Both the position numbers and the translations under genes were made by a program. The notes beneath the pieces were generated by a model. That model was not told the origin of the DNA. It saw only the letters and a program-made list of their open reading frames with translations, and searched no databases. DNA of 64,000 nt from Candidatus Eiseniibacteriota bacterium. Lineage in GTDB: Bacteria > Eisenbacteria > RBG-16-71-46 > CAVPCR01. Position 1 is the first letter of the stretch. Each line of letters starts with the position of its first letter. The stretch spans positions 480,001-544,000 of the forward strand of contig CAWGMA010000003.1 in assembly GCA_963823555.1 (NCBI GenBank), in the 5' to 3' direction. Below, one piece after another: positions 20,169 to 30,562 of the stretch.

Positions 20169-22679
20169 CTACGTCCGCCGCACGATGACGACGGTCAGGT
20201 CGTCGGACAGCCCCACCTCCCCGGTGAAAGTACGGGCGGCTTCGATGATGCGATCCCGGATCGCGATCGCCGCGAGGTCGTCGGCCCGCGCCAGGAGCTC
20301 CTGGAGTCGTTCGTCTCCGAAGAACTCGCCGCGTTCGTTCACCGCTTCGACCACCCCGTCCGTGTAGAGGGCGAGCACATCGCCCCGAGCGAAGGGGACG
20401 CTCACTTCCTGGTAGGCGGCATCGGATCTCACGCCGAGGAGGAGACCGCCCGCGCTCAAGACCTCGATCCCCCCGCTGGCGCGCCGGATGAATGGCGGGT
20501 TGTGACCGGCGCTGGCATAGACCAGATGGCCGGTGACGGGTGAGATGAGCGCCATGGCGACGGTGATGAAGCGCCCAGGCTCGGTCGAGGCCAGCACCAG
20601 GTCGTTCAGTTCCGAGAGCACGTTGTCGAGGTGTCCCGGGCGATGGGTGTGGCCGCGGAGCCCGGCGTGGAAGTTGGACATGAGGAGGGCCGCGGGGACA
20701 CCCTTGCCGGCGACATCGGCGACCGAGACCAGGAGCCCATCTCCCCAGCGCAGGAAGTCGTAGGCGTCACCGCCGATCTCGCGGCTGGGGATGGAGCTGC
20801 CGGCGACATCGAGCCCGGGCACGTCGGGAACGGCGGTCGGAAACAGACGGCGCTGGATCGACTGCGCGACCAGGAGTTCGCTCTTCATCATTTCGCGCTC
20901 GACGGCGAGCCGCCGGCGGTCCTTGAGCCCCTGGGCCATGGTGTTGAAGGCGCTCGCCAGCTCGCCCAGCTCGTCGCCACGATCGATCTCGATGCGGTGG
21001 TCGAGATCGTCCTCGGCCAGGCGGTGCGTGCCCTGATTGAGGGCGCCGATCGCGCCATGAATGCTGCGCGCGATGCTGGCCCCGATCCCGACGGAGGCGG
21101 CTTCGAAGAGAAGGAAGAGGACACCGACCACGGCCAGCGCCCAGAGCACCAAGGTGTTGAGTGGATTGGCGGCCGTGTCGCGGAGGTCGCTCAGGAGGCG
21201 GAAGATGGGCATCTTGACCACGAGCATGGCGTCCTGCTGGCGGAGATTTCCCTCGCGGTCGATGGCGAGCCCGCGTACGAGCTGGGCTCCGGAATAGGCG
21301 CCTCCCATCTCGCGCTCGGTGCCGACAAGGGAGACCGGTGTGCCCTCCTGGCCCCCGCTGAAGCTGATGCGGAGCCCGCTCGAGCCGGCCTCGACGGTCA
21401 TCGAGTCGCTCGTGATCATGTTGAGCTCGACCTGCGCCACCCGCGCCGCGCCGCCGGCGCGAATCGAATCGAGCGCGACGAAGGCACGCGCGAAGATCTC
21501 GTCGCCGCTGCGGGCCTCCACGACGCCGGTCGTCATGTAGTGGCGCCCGCCGGCGGTGATGAAGAGGATCTCCGGGGTCGGTGGCAACGGTTCGCTGAGG
21601 GCCGCAACTTCCGGCGGTACGGCGGCGCGGGGAGCGAAGCTGAAGGCGAAGCGCGTGGTGTCGGGAAGAGCGCGCCGCGCGGCCATGATGAAGAGCGTGG
21701 GTTCCTTGAGGTGGCGGCCGATGAGGGTCTCGATCTCGCCGCTGCCGCCCGCCACCGCGCCGGAGTCTCTCTGGGCCCCGGCGAGGGCGTGATCGATCCT
21801 GGGATCCGCGATCAGGACTGTCAGCTCGCGGCGCATGTCCTCGCCCGGTGCGAGGAGCCGCGCCGCAAGACCGGCGCGGTAGCTCCCCATCGAGAGGCTG
21901 GCGGCGATGACGAGGGAGAGAGCGAGGAGGAGGGCAGGGATGGCGGCCACGAAGATGTAGGACGTGACGAGCCGGGTGCGGAGGCGGAAGCGATCGAAGA
22001 TGCGGCCGGGAAACTGCACGAGGAGCTGGAGAACGAGTGCGGCCGCGAACGAGAAGACCGCCGCCCCGGTGAAGCGGAGGACGATGGCGAGCCCGCCCGG
22101 GAGCGGCGGCAGGTGGCTCGCCGCCGCGCCACCCAGAGGCAGGGCGAGAAGCGCGGCTACGAATAGGCCGGCGCGCTGCTTGAGCCCGACCCGGCGATCG
22201 AGCCACGGCATGCGCAGGGTCACGGGAAGGAGAAGCCCCGCGGTGACGGCAACCGGGATGCCGCCGGGAACGGTCGTGATGGCGGCCAGGATCCCCACCG
22301 GGATCTTCAGGAGTCGCAGCCGCCACTTGCCCGAGCCGGGCAGCGTGAGCTCGGCGATGATCGCGGTCGCCGCGCCGAGGATGGAGGCGAGAACGAGCGC
22401 GGCGAGGAGCGCCAGCGGACGGAACGGCAGCCATGCGGCCACCACCGTCGTCACGAGCGCGGCCACGGCGAGGCGCAGGAGGGAGGCCAGCCGGGAGCTG
22501 CCGCCGGCGCCGGGGATGCCCGCTTCGCGGGCCGGGCGCCAGCCCCCGGCGGCGCGGAAGCCACCGCCGGCGGCCATGAGGGCGAGCGCGGTGATGAGGA
22601 GGTTGAGCACGGCGAGCACGTTCCCTTTCGCATCCGGCAGGGACACCGGGGCACCGGGCGCCGGCGCCGAACGCAGCAA
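20169..22679 (-). CDS. Membrane-bound SpoIIE/RsbU-type PP2C phosphatase with HAMP domain
   Basis: Many N-terminal TM segments; HAMP DELGELASAFNTM; AQSIQRRLFP, IGGDAYD, VADVAGKGVPAAL, SAGHNP, YTDGVVEA, DDLTVV. Confidence 0.88.
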   Translation of the reverse strand: MLRSAPAPGAPVSLPDAKGNVLAVLNLLITALALMAAGGGFRAAGGWRPAREAGIPGAGGSSRLASLLRLAVAALVTTVVAAWLPFRPLALLAALVLASILGAATAIIAELTLPGSGKWRLRLLKIPVGILAAITTVPGGIPVAVTAGLLLPVTLRMPWLDRRVGLKQRAGLFVAALLALPLGGAAASHLPPLPGGLAIVLRFTGAAVFSFAAALVLQLLVQFPGRIFDRFRLRTRLVTSYIFVAAIPALLLALSLVIAASLSMGSYRAGLAARLLAPGEDMRRELTVLIADPRIDHALAGAQRDSGAVAGGSGEIETLIGRHLKEPTLFIMAARRALPDTTRFAFSFAPRAAVPPEVAALSEPLPPTPEILFITAGGRHYMTTGVVEARSGDEIFARAFVALDSIRAGGAARVAQVELNMITSDSMTVEAGSSGLRISFSGGQEGTPVSLVGTEREMGGAYSGAQLVRGLAIDREGNLRQQDAMLVVKMPIFRLLSDLRDTAANPLNTLVLWALAVVGVLFLLFEAASVGIGASIARSIHGAIGALNQGTHRLAEDDLDHRIEIDRGDELGELASAFNTMAQGLKDRRRLAVEREMMKSELLVAQSIQRRLFPTAVPDVPGLDVAGSSIPSREIGGDAYDFLRWGDGLLVSVADVAGKGVPAALLMSNFHAGLRGHTHRPGHLDNVLSELNDLVLASTEPGRFITVAMALISPVTGHLVYASAGHNPPFIRRASGGIEVLSAGGLLLGVRSDAAYQEVSVPFARGDVLALYTDGVVEAVNERGEFFGDERLQELLARADDLAAIAIRDRIIEAARTFTGEVGLSDDLTVVIVRRT

Positions 22680-22718
22680 GGGGCGCAGTCTAGCACGCGG
22701 CGGGCTAGAATCACCGGG

Positions 22719-23576
22719 ATGAGCTCACCCACCGTTGCCACTACGCTGGCCGCTGCGATCGCAGAGCTGCGGGCTGCCGGCGTGCCCACGCCCGAGGTCG
22801 ATGCCCGCCTTCTCATGGGTCATGTGCTCGGGATCGCGCCGTCCGCCCTGCCGCTTCATCGCGATCGCCGTCTCGAGCCGGCCGCGGAGAGGGCGCTCGA
22901 CGCTCTCCTGGTGGCGCGCGCGGCGCGGGAGCCCCTCCAGCATCTGCTCGGCACGGTCGAGTTCCATGGCCGGTCCTTTCGCGTGGCCCCCGGAGTCCTG
23001 ATCCCGCGATTCGAGACCGAGAGCGTTGTCGAGCGCGCGCTCGCCATGGTGGGCGCCGGCCTCGATCTCCGGGTGGCCGACATCGGGACCGGCTCGGGCG
23101 TCATCGGTCTCACGCTGGCCGCCGAGAAGCCCGCGATCGTGATCGTGTGCACGGATCGATCTCCTGTCGCGCTCGCGCTGGCGCGCGCGAATGCGCGCGA
23201 TCTCGCGGTGACGGACCGGGTGATGTTCGTCGTCGCCGATCTGACTGACGCCTTGGCACCGGCATCGCTCGATCTCCTCGTGGCGAATCCGCCGTATGTC
23301 CCGACCGGGACGATCGCCACGCTCGCTCCCGAGGTGCGCGATCACGACCCCCATCTCGCCCTCGACGGCGGGCCCGATGGACTCGATGCGATCCGCGCGT
23401 TGCTCGGCGCCGCGCCGCGCGTCCTCCGCCCTGGAGGAGGGCTCGTGATCGAGATCGGCGATGATCAAGGACGCGCGGCGCGCGATCTGGCCGCAGCGTC
23501 CGGGCTCGTCGCGATCGATGTCCATCCCGACCTCGCCGGACGCGACCGCGTGCTCGTGGCGCGCCGTTCGATCTGA
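22719..23576 (+). CDS. prmC: Release factor glutamine methyltransferase
   Basis: REPLQHLLG, VLIPRFETE, DIGTGSG, NPPY, ALDGGPDGL. Confidence 0.95.
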   Translation: MSSPTVATTLAAAIAELRAAGVPTPEVDARLLMGHVLGIAPSALPLHRDRRLEPAAERALDALLVARAAREPLQHLLGTVEFHGRSFRVAPGVLIPRFETESVVERALAMVGAGLDLRVADIGTGSGVIGLTLAAEKPAIVIVCTDRSPVALALARANARDLAVTDRVMFVVADLTDALAPASLDLLVANPPYVPTGTIATLAPEVRDHDPHLALDGGPDGLDAIRALLGAAPRVLRPGGGLVIEIGDDQGRAARDLAAASGLVAIDVHPDLAGRDRVLVARRSI

Positions 23577-23770
23577 GCCGCTCGTCCGGATGACGAAAAG
23601 CCGCGCCCCACGGCCCGCGATTCGGTATGGTGGCGCCTGGCATCCGCGACGCGCCCCAGGCGCAGGAGGAGCCGCCGGACACCCCATCGAGATCACCACC
23701 CATCCAGCGAAGAGGAGAGCGCGTGAGCACGACGGCAGCGGTGTTCAAGGTGCCCCGTCTCGAGGTGGTC

Positions 23771-25024
23771 ATGGACAAGTTCGTGATTCAGGGCGGCGCC
23801 CGGCTCCGGGGCGAGATCCAGGTTTCAGGATCGAAGAACGCCGTCTTGCCGATGATGGCGGCCACCATCCTCACGCGTGGTGCCTGCCGACTGCGCCACG
23901 TCCCGGTGCTGCGCGACGTGTCGACCATGGCCTGGGTGCTGGGCGTGCTCGGCGTCGACGTGGCGCAGGAAGGCGATGCCCTTTCCCTCGATGCCACCGA
24001 CTGCGCATCGGTCGAGGCGCCCTACGAGCTCGTGAAGACGATGCGGGCCTCGATCTACGTCCTCGGCCCGCTCCTCGCTCGCTTCGGTCGCGCCCGGGTC
24101 TCTCTCCCCGGGGGGTGCGCCTGGGGTCCGCGCCCCGTGAACCTGCATCTTGCCGGCCTCGAGGCCCTTGGCGCCCGGGTCGAGATCGAGCATGGTTACA
24201 TCGTGGCCGAGGCGGATCGGCTCAAGGGCGCCCCCATCCATCTCGACGTCGCCTCGGTCGGCGCCACGGCGCAGCTCATGATGGCGGCCTGCCTCGCCGA
24301 GGGGACGACGGTGATCGGAAACGCCGCCCAGGAGCCCGAGCTGCCGGCGCTTGCCGATTTCCTGAACGCGCTCGGCGCGCGGGTCGAGGGAGCGGGGACG
24401 AGCACGGTGACCGTGCACGGCGTCGAGGTCCTGCATCCGGCCGAGGTCGCCGTGATCCCCGATCGCATCGAGGCCGGGACCTTCCTCATTGCCGGAGCGA
24501 TGGCGGCCGAGGAGCTCACCGTGACCCGCCTCGTGCCCGGCCATCTCAAGGCGCTTCTCGATCACCTGACGGCGGCCGGCATCGAGCTCGAGGTCGGCGC
24601 CGATCGCGTCCGCGTCGTGGGCATGACGCGCCCGCGCCCGGTCGATGTCGAGACCGACTTCTATCCCGGCTTCCCCACCGATCTCCAGGCCCAGGTGATG
24701 GCGATGGCGACACGGGCTCGTGGCGCCACGGTGATCAGCGAGGGGATCTACCACGATCGCTTCACGCACGTGCCTGAGCTCGTGCGTCTCGGAGCCCGCA
24801 TCGAGGTCGAGGAAGCCACCGCACGCATCAAGGGAGTGCCGCGGCTGAGCGGAGCCCAGGTCATGGCGTCGGACCTGCGCGCATCGGCGGCGCTCATCCT
24901 TGCCGGGCTGGTTGCCGAGGGCGAAACCGTGGTCTCGCGTGTCTATCACATCGATCGCGGCTACGAGTCGATCGAGAAGAAGCTGAACGCTGTCGGCGCG
25001 CGCATCACGCGCGTCCGCGAGTAG
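23771..25024 (+). CDS. murA: UDP-N-acetylglucosamine 1-carboxyvinyltransferase
   Basis: GSKNAVLP, MRASIYVLGPL, LPGGCAWGPRP (active-site Cys), PDRIEAGT, GFPTDLQ, DLRA, HIDRGY. Confidence 0.97.
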   Translation: MDKFVIQGGARLRGEIQVSGSKNAVLPMMAATILTRGACRLRHVPVLRDVSTMAWVLGVLGVDVAQEGDALSLDATDCASVEAPYELVKTMRASIYVLGPLLARFGRARVSLPGGCAWGPRPVNLHLAGLEALGARVEIEHGYIVAEADRLKGAPIHLDVASVGATAQLMMAACLAEGTTVIGNAAQEPELPALADFLNALGARVEGAGTSTVTVHGVEVLHPAEVAVIPDRIEAGTFLIAGAMAAEELTVTRLVPGHLKALLDHLTAAGIELEVGADRVRVVGMTRPRPVDVETDFYPGFPTDLQAQVMAMATRARGATVISEGIYHDRFTHVPELVRLGARIEVEEATARIKGVPRLSGAQVMASDLRASAALILAGLVAEGETVVSRVYHIDRGYESIEKKLNAVGARITRVRE

Positions 25025-25040
25025 CGCCGGAGTTGGCAGC

Positions 25041-25529
25041 GTGGAGAGCCGCAAGCCCGCGCTCCTGATCGGCGTGATCTCCGATACACACGGTCTCCTG
25101 CGGCCGGAGGCGGTGGCGGTACTCGCCGGAAGCGACATGATCCTCCACGCCGGGGATATCGGCTCCCCCGAGGTGCTCCAGGGCCTTCGCGCGATCGCCC
25201 CGGTGCATGCCGTTCGCGGCAACGTCGATACCGGGCCCTGGGCCGATCGACTCCCCACCTCCGACGCGGTCGCGGCCGGAGATTCCCTCATCTATCTCCT
25301 CCACGATCTCTCCGGGCTCGATCTCGATCCCCGCGCCGCGGGGATCGCCTGCGTCGTGTCCGGACATTCCCACCGTCCCGCCATCAGGGAGAAGGACGGC
25401 GTCCTCTTCGTGAACCCTGGTAGCGCCGGCCCCCGCCGCTTCAGGCTCCCGGTCGCCGTGGCGCGGCTCACCGTCCCTGAGGGCGGCCAATCCCCGGTCC
25501 GCGCCGAGATCCTCCGGCTCCCGGTGTAG
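25041..25529 (+). CDS. YfcE/MJ0936-family metallophosphoesterase
   Basis: ISDTHG, HAGDIG, VRGNVD, SGHSH, NPGSAG. Confidence 0.9.
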   Translation: MESRKPALLIGVISDTHGLLRPEAVAVLAGSDMILHAGDIGSPEVLQGLRAIAPVHAVRGNVDTGPWADRLPTSDAVAAGDSLIYLLHDLSGLDLDPRAAGIACVVSGHSHRPAIREKDGVLFVNPGSAGPRRFRLPVAVARLTVPEGGQSPVRAEILRLPV

Positions 25530-25750
25530 CGACCCGCCCCCCCGGACCGCCGCTCGGGGTCGCGACAGGTCGCCCGGCTGCGTACCCGGAGATGAAATAT
25601 GCGCCGGGGCGGCTCAACGGTATGGAGCTTCCGGTCGCGAACGGCTATCATTGAAGATGCTTCTTTTCTCCGCCGGCCGCACGCGTCAGGACAGGACCAC
25701 CCCCCAGTTCGCAAGTCGAGCTGAAGTCCGCACCGAGAGGATGGGAGATC

Positions 25751-28222
25751 ATGCAAACTGCGCTACGACGCACGATCACGTTCTGCACTATCGGGCTCGT
25801 CGCCGGGCTCGCGCTGGCAGCGGCTTCAGCTATGGCCAGCGACACTCCCCTCACCATCGATGACGTGGGTGCCATGGCCCGGCGGGGCGAGGTGGCCAAC
25901 GTGAGGACGATCGAGGTTCCGGGCACGTCCGCCGTGCTCGCCACCTGGGATGCGCTGCGCGGCAGCGCGCTCGTTCCCCATTACGGGATCAGCCTGGATG
26001 GACAGTCCCTGGTGCGGGTCGCCGAGCCCACGTACGAGCTCGGCCTCCGCTACGAGCAGTTCGACCCGCTCGAGAGAGTGCCCGCGGTCAGTGCCGAGCT
26101 CGCTGCCCGCCCCGGGAACCAGCTCTTCCTCGTCCAGTTCGTGACCCAGCCGCTCCCGATCTTCGACCGCCAGATCGCGGAGCGCGGCGGGATCGTGCGT
26201 CACTACGTGGCCCAGTACGCCCATCTGGTCGAGGCCACCCCGGAAGCGATCGCGGAGATCGCTGCCCTGCCCTACGTGCGCTGGGTCGGTCCCTACCATC
26301 CCGCGTACCGGCTCGATGAGTTCCTGCTCGAGCACCTGGACGATACGGAGCTCCTCCCGAGCCTGACCTACAACATCATGGTCCTGGCCGAAGAGCACAA
26401 GGCAGAGGTCGCGGCGCGCATCGAGTCGATCGGCGGCACGGTGCAGCGAGCCGACGCCGGCAAGTTCCTCCTCGAGGCGACGCTCACCCCCGCCGAGCTC
26501 CTCGCCGCGGCCGGCTGGAACGAGGTGCTGTTCATCGACCGCTGGGGGCCGTACGAGGCCGACATGGACATCGCCCGCGAGATCGGCGGCGCCAACTTCA
26601 TCGAGAGCGTGGCCGGTTACACCGGGCAGGGCGTGCGCGCCGAGGTCTTCGACGCGGGATTCAACCTCATCCACGTGGACTTCCAGTCACGCCCGCTCAT
26701 CACGCACGGCACGGTCAACAGCGACTCGCACGGCGCGTCGACCTCGGGCATCAGCTTCGGCGACGGCACCGGCGATCCGACCGCCCGCGGCATGCTGCCC
26801 GAGGCGCAGGGCATCGTCGCCGACTACGACTTCTTCGGTCTGAGCGGCGCCAACCGCTACACCGGCGCGCTCGAGCTCCTCGCTCCGCCCTACAATGCGG
26901 TCTTCCAGACATCGAGCGTCGGCAGCCCGCGCACCTTCAACTACACGACGATCTCGGCCGAGCACGACGAGATTCTGTTCGACGTCGATATCGTCTTCTG
27001 CCAGTCGCAGAGCAACGCCGGGAACCAGGATTCGCGGCCGCAGGCCTGGGCCAAGAACATCGTCTCCGGCGGCGGCGTCTACCATCACAACACCCTCGCC
27101 AAGAGCGACGACTGCTGGTGCGGCGGCGCCAGCATCGGCCCGGCGTCGGACGGCCGGATCAAGCCGACCCTCACCCACTTCTACGATCTGATCCGGACCA
27201 CGACCTGCTGCGGCAGCACCTCCTACACGCAATTCGGCGGGACGAGCGGCGCGACGCCGATCATCTGCGGCCACTTCGGCCTCTTCTTCCAGATGTGGTC
27301 GGACGGCATCTTCGGCAACACGGTGATCAACGAGGGGGACGTCTTCGAGAACCGCTCCCACATGACGACCGCCAAGGCGATGATGATCAACACCGCCGAG
27401 CAGTACGACTGGACGGCACCGGGCAATACCGACCTCACCCGCTTCCACCAGGGCTGGGGCATGCCCAACGTGCGCAACATGTACGAGCTCCGGGACAACG
27501 TCTTCGTGGTCGACGAATCCCAGGTCCTGGCCCCGCTCGAGGTGGCCACCTACCAGGTGCCGGTGGCTTCCGGCCGGCCGTTCCTCAAGGCCACCATGGT
27601 CTACTCCGATCGGCCGGGGAATCCCGCCGTGCAGACGCAGCACCGCGTCAACGATCTCGATCTCAAGGTGATCTCGCCCTCGGGCACGGTCTATTACGGG
27701 AACGGTGGACTCGTGAACTCGCTGTGGTCCATCCCCGACACGCCCGCCGATGACAAGAACACGGAGGAGAACGTCTTCGTCCAGAACCCGGAACCGGGCT
27801 TCTGGACGGTCGAGGTCCGCGCCACCGAGGTCATCCAGGATGGTCATCTGGAGACTCCGGAGATCGACGCGGACTTTGCCCTCGTGGTCACCCCGACGGA
27901 GCGGGAGAGCGCCGGGATCGGGTCCCTGGAAGCGGACGCAGGGCCTCAGTTCCGCCTCGCCGTCCTCGGCATGGGGGCCGGCGTGCCGGCGGCCAAGATG
28001 TCCTTCCAGCTCGCGGAGGCGGCGCAGGTGCGGCTCCGCGTGTTCGACGTGAACGGCCGGCTCGTGGCCTCGGTCTACGAGGGCGAGCTCGCCGCCGGTG
28101 AGCACACGCTCGAGTGGTCGGGTGTGGACGCGAACGGTCAGGACGTGAGTGCCGGGCTCTACTTCGCCCGGGTAGAGGCCGGCGAGCACACGGCCAGCGC
28201 GAAGGTCCTGGTTCTGCGTTAG
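25751..28222 (+). CDS. Secreted S8 (subtilase) serine peptidase with C-terminal FlgD-Ig-like domain
   Basis: Signal peptide; catalytic triad EVFDAG / DSHGASTSG / GGTSGATP; QGWG; VNDLDL...NTEENV; tail VRLRVFDVNGRLV...WSGVDANG...GLYFAR. Confidence 0.85.
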   Translation: MQTALRRTITFCTIGLVAGLALAAASAMASDTPLTIDDVGAMARRGEVANVRTIEVPGTSAVLATWDALRGSALVPHYGISLDGQSLVRVAEPTYELGLRYEQFDPLERVPAVSAELAARPGNQLFLVQFVTQPLPIFDRQIAERGGIVRHYVAQYAHLVEATPEAIAEIAALPYVRWVGPYHPAYRLDEFLLEHLDDTELLPSLTYNIMVLAEEHKAEVAARIESIGGTVQRADAGKFLLEATLTPAELLAAAGWNEVLFIDRWGPYEADMDIAREIGGANFIESVAGYTGQGVRAEVFDAGFNLIHVDFQSRPLITHGTVNSDSHGASTSGISFGDGTGDPTARGMLPEAQGIVADYDFFGLSGANRYTGALELLAPPYNAVFQTSSVGSPRTFNYTTISAEHDEILFDVDIVFCQSQSNAGNQDSRPQAWAKNIVSGGGVYHHNTLAKSDDCWCGGASIGPASDGRIKPTLTHFYDLIRTTTCCGSTSYTQFGGTSGATPIICGHFGLFFQMWSDGIFGNTVINEGDVFENRSHMTTAKAMMINTAEQYDWTAPGNTDLTRFHQGWGMPNVRNMYELRDNVFVVDESQVLAPLEVATYQVPVASGRPFLKATMVYSDRPGNPAVQTQHRVNDLDLKVISPSGTVYYGNGGLVNSLWSIPDTPADDKNTEENVFVQNPEPGFWTVEVRATEVIQDGHLETPEIDADFALVVTPTERESAGIGSLEADAGPQFRLAVLGMGAGVPAAKMSFQLAEAAQVRLRVFDVNGRLVASVYEGELAAGEHTLEWSGVDANGQDVSAGLYFARVEAGEHTASAKVLVLR

Positions 28223-28250
28223 CATCGCGCGACCCCGCTCGCGGGACCTG

Positions 28251-28295
28251 GTGGCGCCGCGTGGCCAGACCGGCCGCGCGGCGCCACTTATTCTT
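28251..28295 (+). terminator. Intrinsic terminator after the S8 gene
   Basis: GTGGCGCCGCGTGGCC-agacc-GGCCGCGCGGCGCCAC followed by TTATTCTT. Confidence 0.65.
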
Positions 28296-28499
28296 GCAGC
28301 GCGCGGAGACGGCGATCGCCGCGCCGGCGCCCCTCCGGCTGCTGACAGCGGCCGCCCTGAACGGCTAGACTGGCTGGAACATGCGCTCGCCGAACGTGAC
28401 GCCGGAGCGGCGCAGATGAAGTCCGAGCCGACATTCCGGACCCTTCACGGTGATCCGCGCCGGGATGCGCTGCTTGAGAGGGTCGGACTGGGGGAGTGA
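28287..28499 (+). pseudogene. Relic C-terminus of a TPR-type Ser/Thr kinase or adenylate cyclase-like protein
   Basis: LILAARGDGDR...LDWLEHALAERDAGAAQMKSEPTFRTLHGDPRRDALLERVGL* matches the typical WLE.A..ERD....LK.EP.FD.LR.DPRF..LL.R.GL tail; no body upstream. Confidence 0.6.
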
Positions 28500-28506
28500 G
28501 CTGGAG

Positions 28507-30441
28507 ATGGAATCCCCGGCGGGCGCCGAGCGCCACGTCATCATGGGCACCGCCGGTCATGTCGATCATGGCAAGACGGCGCTGATCCGGCTCCTGACCG
28601 GCATCGATACCGATCGCCTGAAAGAGGAGCGTGAGCGCGGCATCTCGATCGAGCTCGGCTTCGCGCACCTCGATCTGCCCTCGGGGCTTCGGGTCGGGAT
28701 CGTCGACGTGCCGGGCCACGAGCGTTTCGTCAAGCACATGCTGGCTGGCGCCGGCGGCATCGACTTCGTCCTCTTCGTCGTCGCCGCCGATGAGGGCGTG
28801 ATGCCGCAGACGGTCGAGCACCTGCAGATCGTCGAGCTCCTCGGTGTGGAACGGGGTCTCGTGGCGTTGACCAAGGTCGACCTGGTCGAGCCCGATCTCG
28901 CCGAGCTGGCCGCCGAGGACGTGCGGGAGATCCTCGCTCCGACCGCCTTCGCCGAGTGGCCCATCCATCAGGTCTCCGCGGTCACCGGTCAGGGCAAGGA
29001 GGAGCTCATCGCCGCCATCGATGCGCTCGCCCGGAGCGGTGCGGCGCGGAGCGGCGAGGGGCCGGTGCGCCTCCCCATCGATCGCGTCTTCGTCATGGAG
29101 GGGTTCGGCACCGTCGTCACGGGCACGCTCTGGCAGGGCACGATCCGCGAGGGCGACCACCTCCAGGTCCTGCCCCGGGTGCGACCGGTCCGGGTGCGTC
29201 AGGTGCAGGTGCATGGCCGGAAGACTCAGGCGGCGGCAGCGGGACAGCGCGTCGCCGTCGCCCTGCACGGAGTTTCCAAGGACGAGATCGAGCGCGGCGA
29301 GTGGGTCGTCACCCCCGCCGCCTTCGCCGAGACCTCGATCCTCGATGTCCGGCTCCATGCCGTGGCCGGGGGGGAGCGCACGATCGAGCAGCGCGAGCGC
29401 GTGCACTTCCATCTCGGAGCGAGCGAGACGCTGGGACGGATCACGTTCTTCGGGCGCGACGAGCTGCGTCCGGGAGAAGACGATGTGGCTCAGATCCGGC
29501 TCGAATCGCCGGTGGTCGCACAGCGCGGCGATCGCTTCGTCATCCGCTGGTACTCGCCCGTGTCCACCGCGGGCGGCGGCCAGGTGATCGAGGCCGTGGC
29601 GCGCAAGCGGCGGCGCTCGGACATCGAGTCGGCCGCCGCGCTCGCTGTGCTCGAGAGCGGTGCGGCGGAAGAGCGTATCACCGCCGCCGTGGCCGGCCGC
29701 CTCGCCCAGGGGCTCACCGCCGAGGAGATCGCGGAGCGCACCGGAAGCTCGCGCGAGGAGGTCGCGGCCACGCTTGCCGAGCTCGCGGCCCGTGGCGCCG
29801 TCGCCGAGCTCGGGAACGGTCGCTTCGTGAGCGCCGCCTACTTCACCGAGATCAGGACCGAGATCGAGTCCAGCGCGCGCGACTATCAGACCCGCTTCCC
29901 TCTGCGTCATGGCATTCCGCGCGGCGAGCTCCGGAGCCGGTTCTCCGGACGGCTCAAGGTCGAGGGGGTGGATGCGGCCGTCGCGGCTCTCATCGCCGCG
30001 GGCGTTCTCTTCGCCCGCGAGGATCGGTTGCGGCTCGGCGAGGCCACGCTCACCCTGCCCCCGCGCCTCCGCACGGTGGCCGATCGCCTGATGACGATTC
30101 TCGGCGATGCGGGCTACGCCGTCCCGAGCGTCAAGGAAGCGCTGTCGCGCTCCGGCGCCGCCGCCGGAACGGAGGGGCAGGAGCTCCTCGTCTACCTCGC
30201 CGGCGAGGGAGAGATCGTGCGTCTCGGCGATGAGCTCATCTACCGGCGGGAGCAGCTCCAGCAGCTTGAGGCCGATGTGACCAGGGTGCTTCGCGCCAAG
30301 GGCGCCCTCACCATCGCCGACTTCAAGGAGATCACCGGCGTCAGCCGCAAGTACGCCGTTCCGCTTCTCGAGTACCTGGACGGCCGGGGGGTGACGCGGC
30401 GGAGCGGGGACAACCGCGTGCCGGGTCGGCTCTTGACGTAG
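28507..30441 (+). CDS. selB: Selenocysteine-specific elongation factor
   Basis: [51 protein letters not shown]-terminal winged helix with [13 protein letters not shown]...RRSGDNR. Confidence 0.95.
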   Translation: MESPAGAERHVIMGTAGHVDHGKTALIRLLTGIDTDRLKEERERGISIELGFAHLDLPSGLRVGIVDVPGHERFVKHMLAGAGGIDFVLFVVAADEGVMPQTVEHLQIVELLGVERGLVALTKVDLVEPDLAELAAEDVREILAPTAFAEWPIHQVSAVTGQGKEELIAAIDALARSGAARSGEGPVRLPIDRVFVMEGFGTVVTGTLWQGTIREGDHLQVLPRVRPVRVRQVQVHGRKTQAAAAGQRVAVALHGVSKDEIERGEWVVTPAAFAETSILDVRLHAVAGGERTIEQRERVHFHLGASETLGRITFFGRDELRPGEDDVAQIRLESPVVAQRGDRFVIRWYSPVSTAGGGQVIEAVARKRRRSDIESAAALAVLESGAAEERITAAVAGRLAQGLTAEEIAERTGSSREEVAATLAELAARGAVAELGNGRFVSAAYFTEIRTEIESSARDYQTRFPLRHGIPRGELRSRFSGRLKVEGVDAAVAALIAAGVLFAREDRLRLGEATLTLPPRLRTVADRLMTILGDAGYAVPSVKEALSRSGAAAGTEGQELLVYLAGEGEIVRLGDELIYRREQLQQLEADVTRVLRAKGALTIADFKEITGVSRKYAVPLLEYLDGRGVTRRSGDNRVPGRLLT

Positions 30442-30562
30442 CGCGCCGCCGGTGAGCCGGGCTGACCGCGCGGCGTCACCCGGTCGAGCGGCCGGAGCAC
30501 GCGGCGGGAGCGCCGGACCGGGGTAGTGGCAAATCAGAGCCGCCTTGCTAGACTCGACCGCC

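Noticed and set aside
23771..25024. Fosfomycin-resistant MurA
   Set aside because: The active-site Cys is retained (PGGCAWG), not replaced by Asp.
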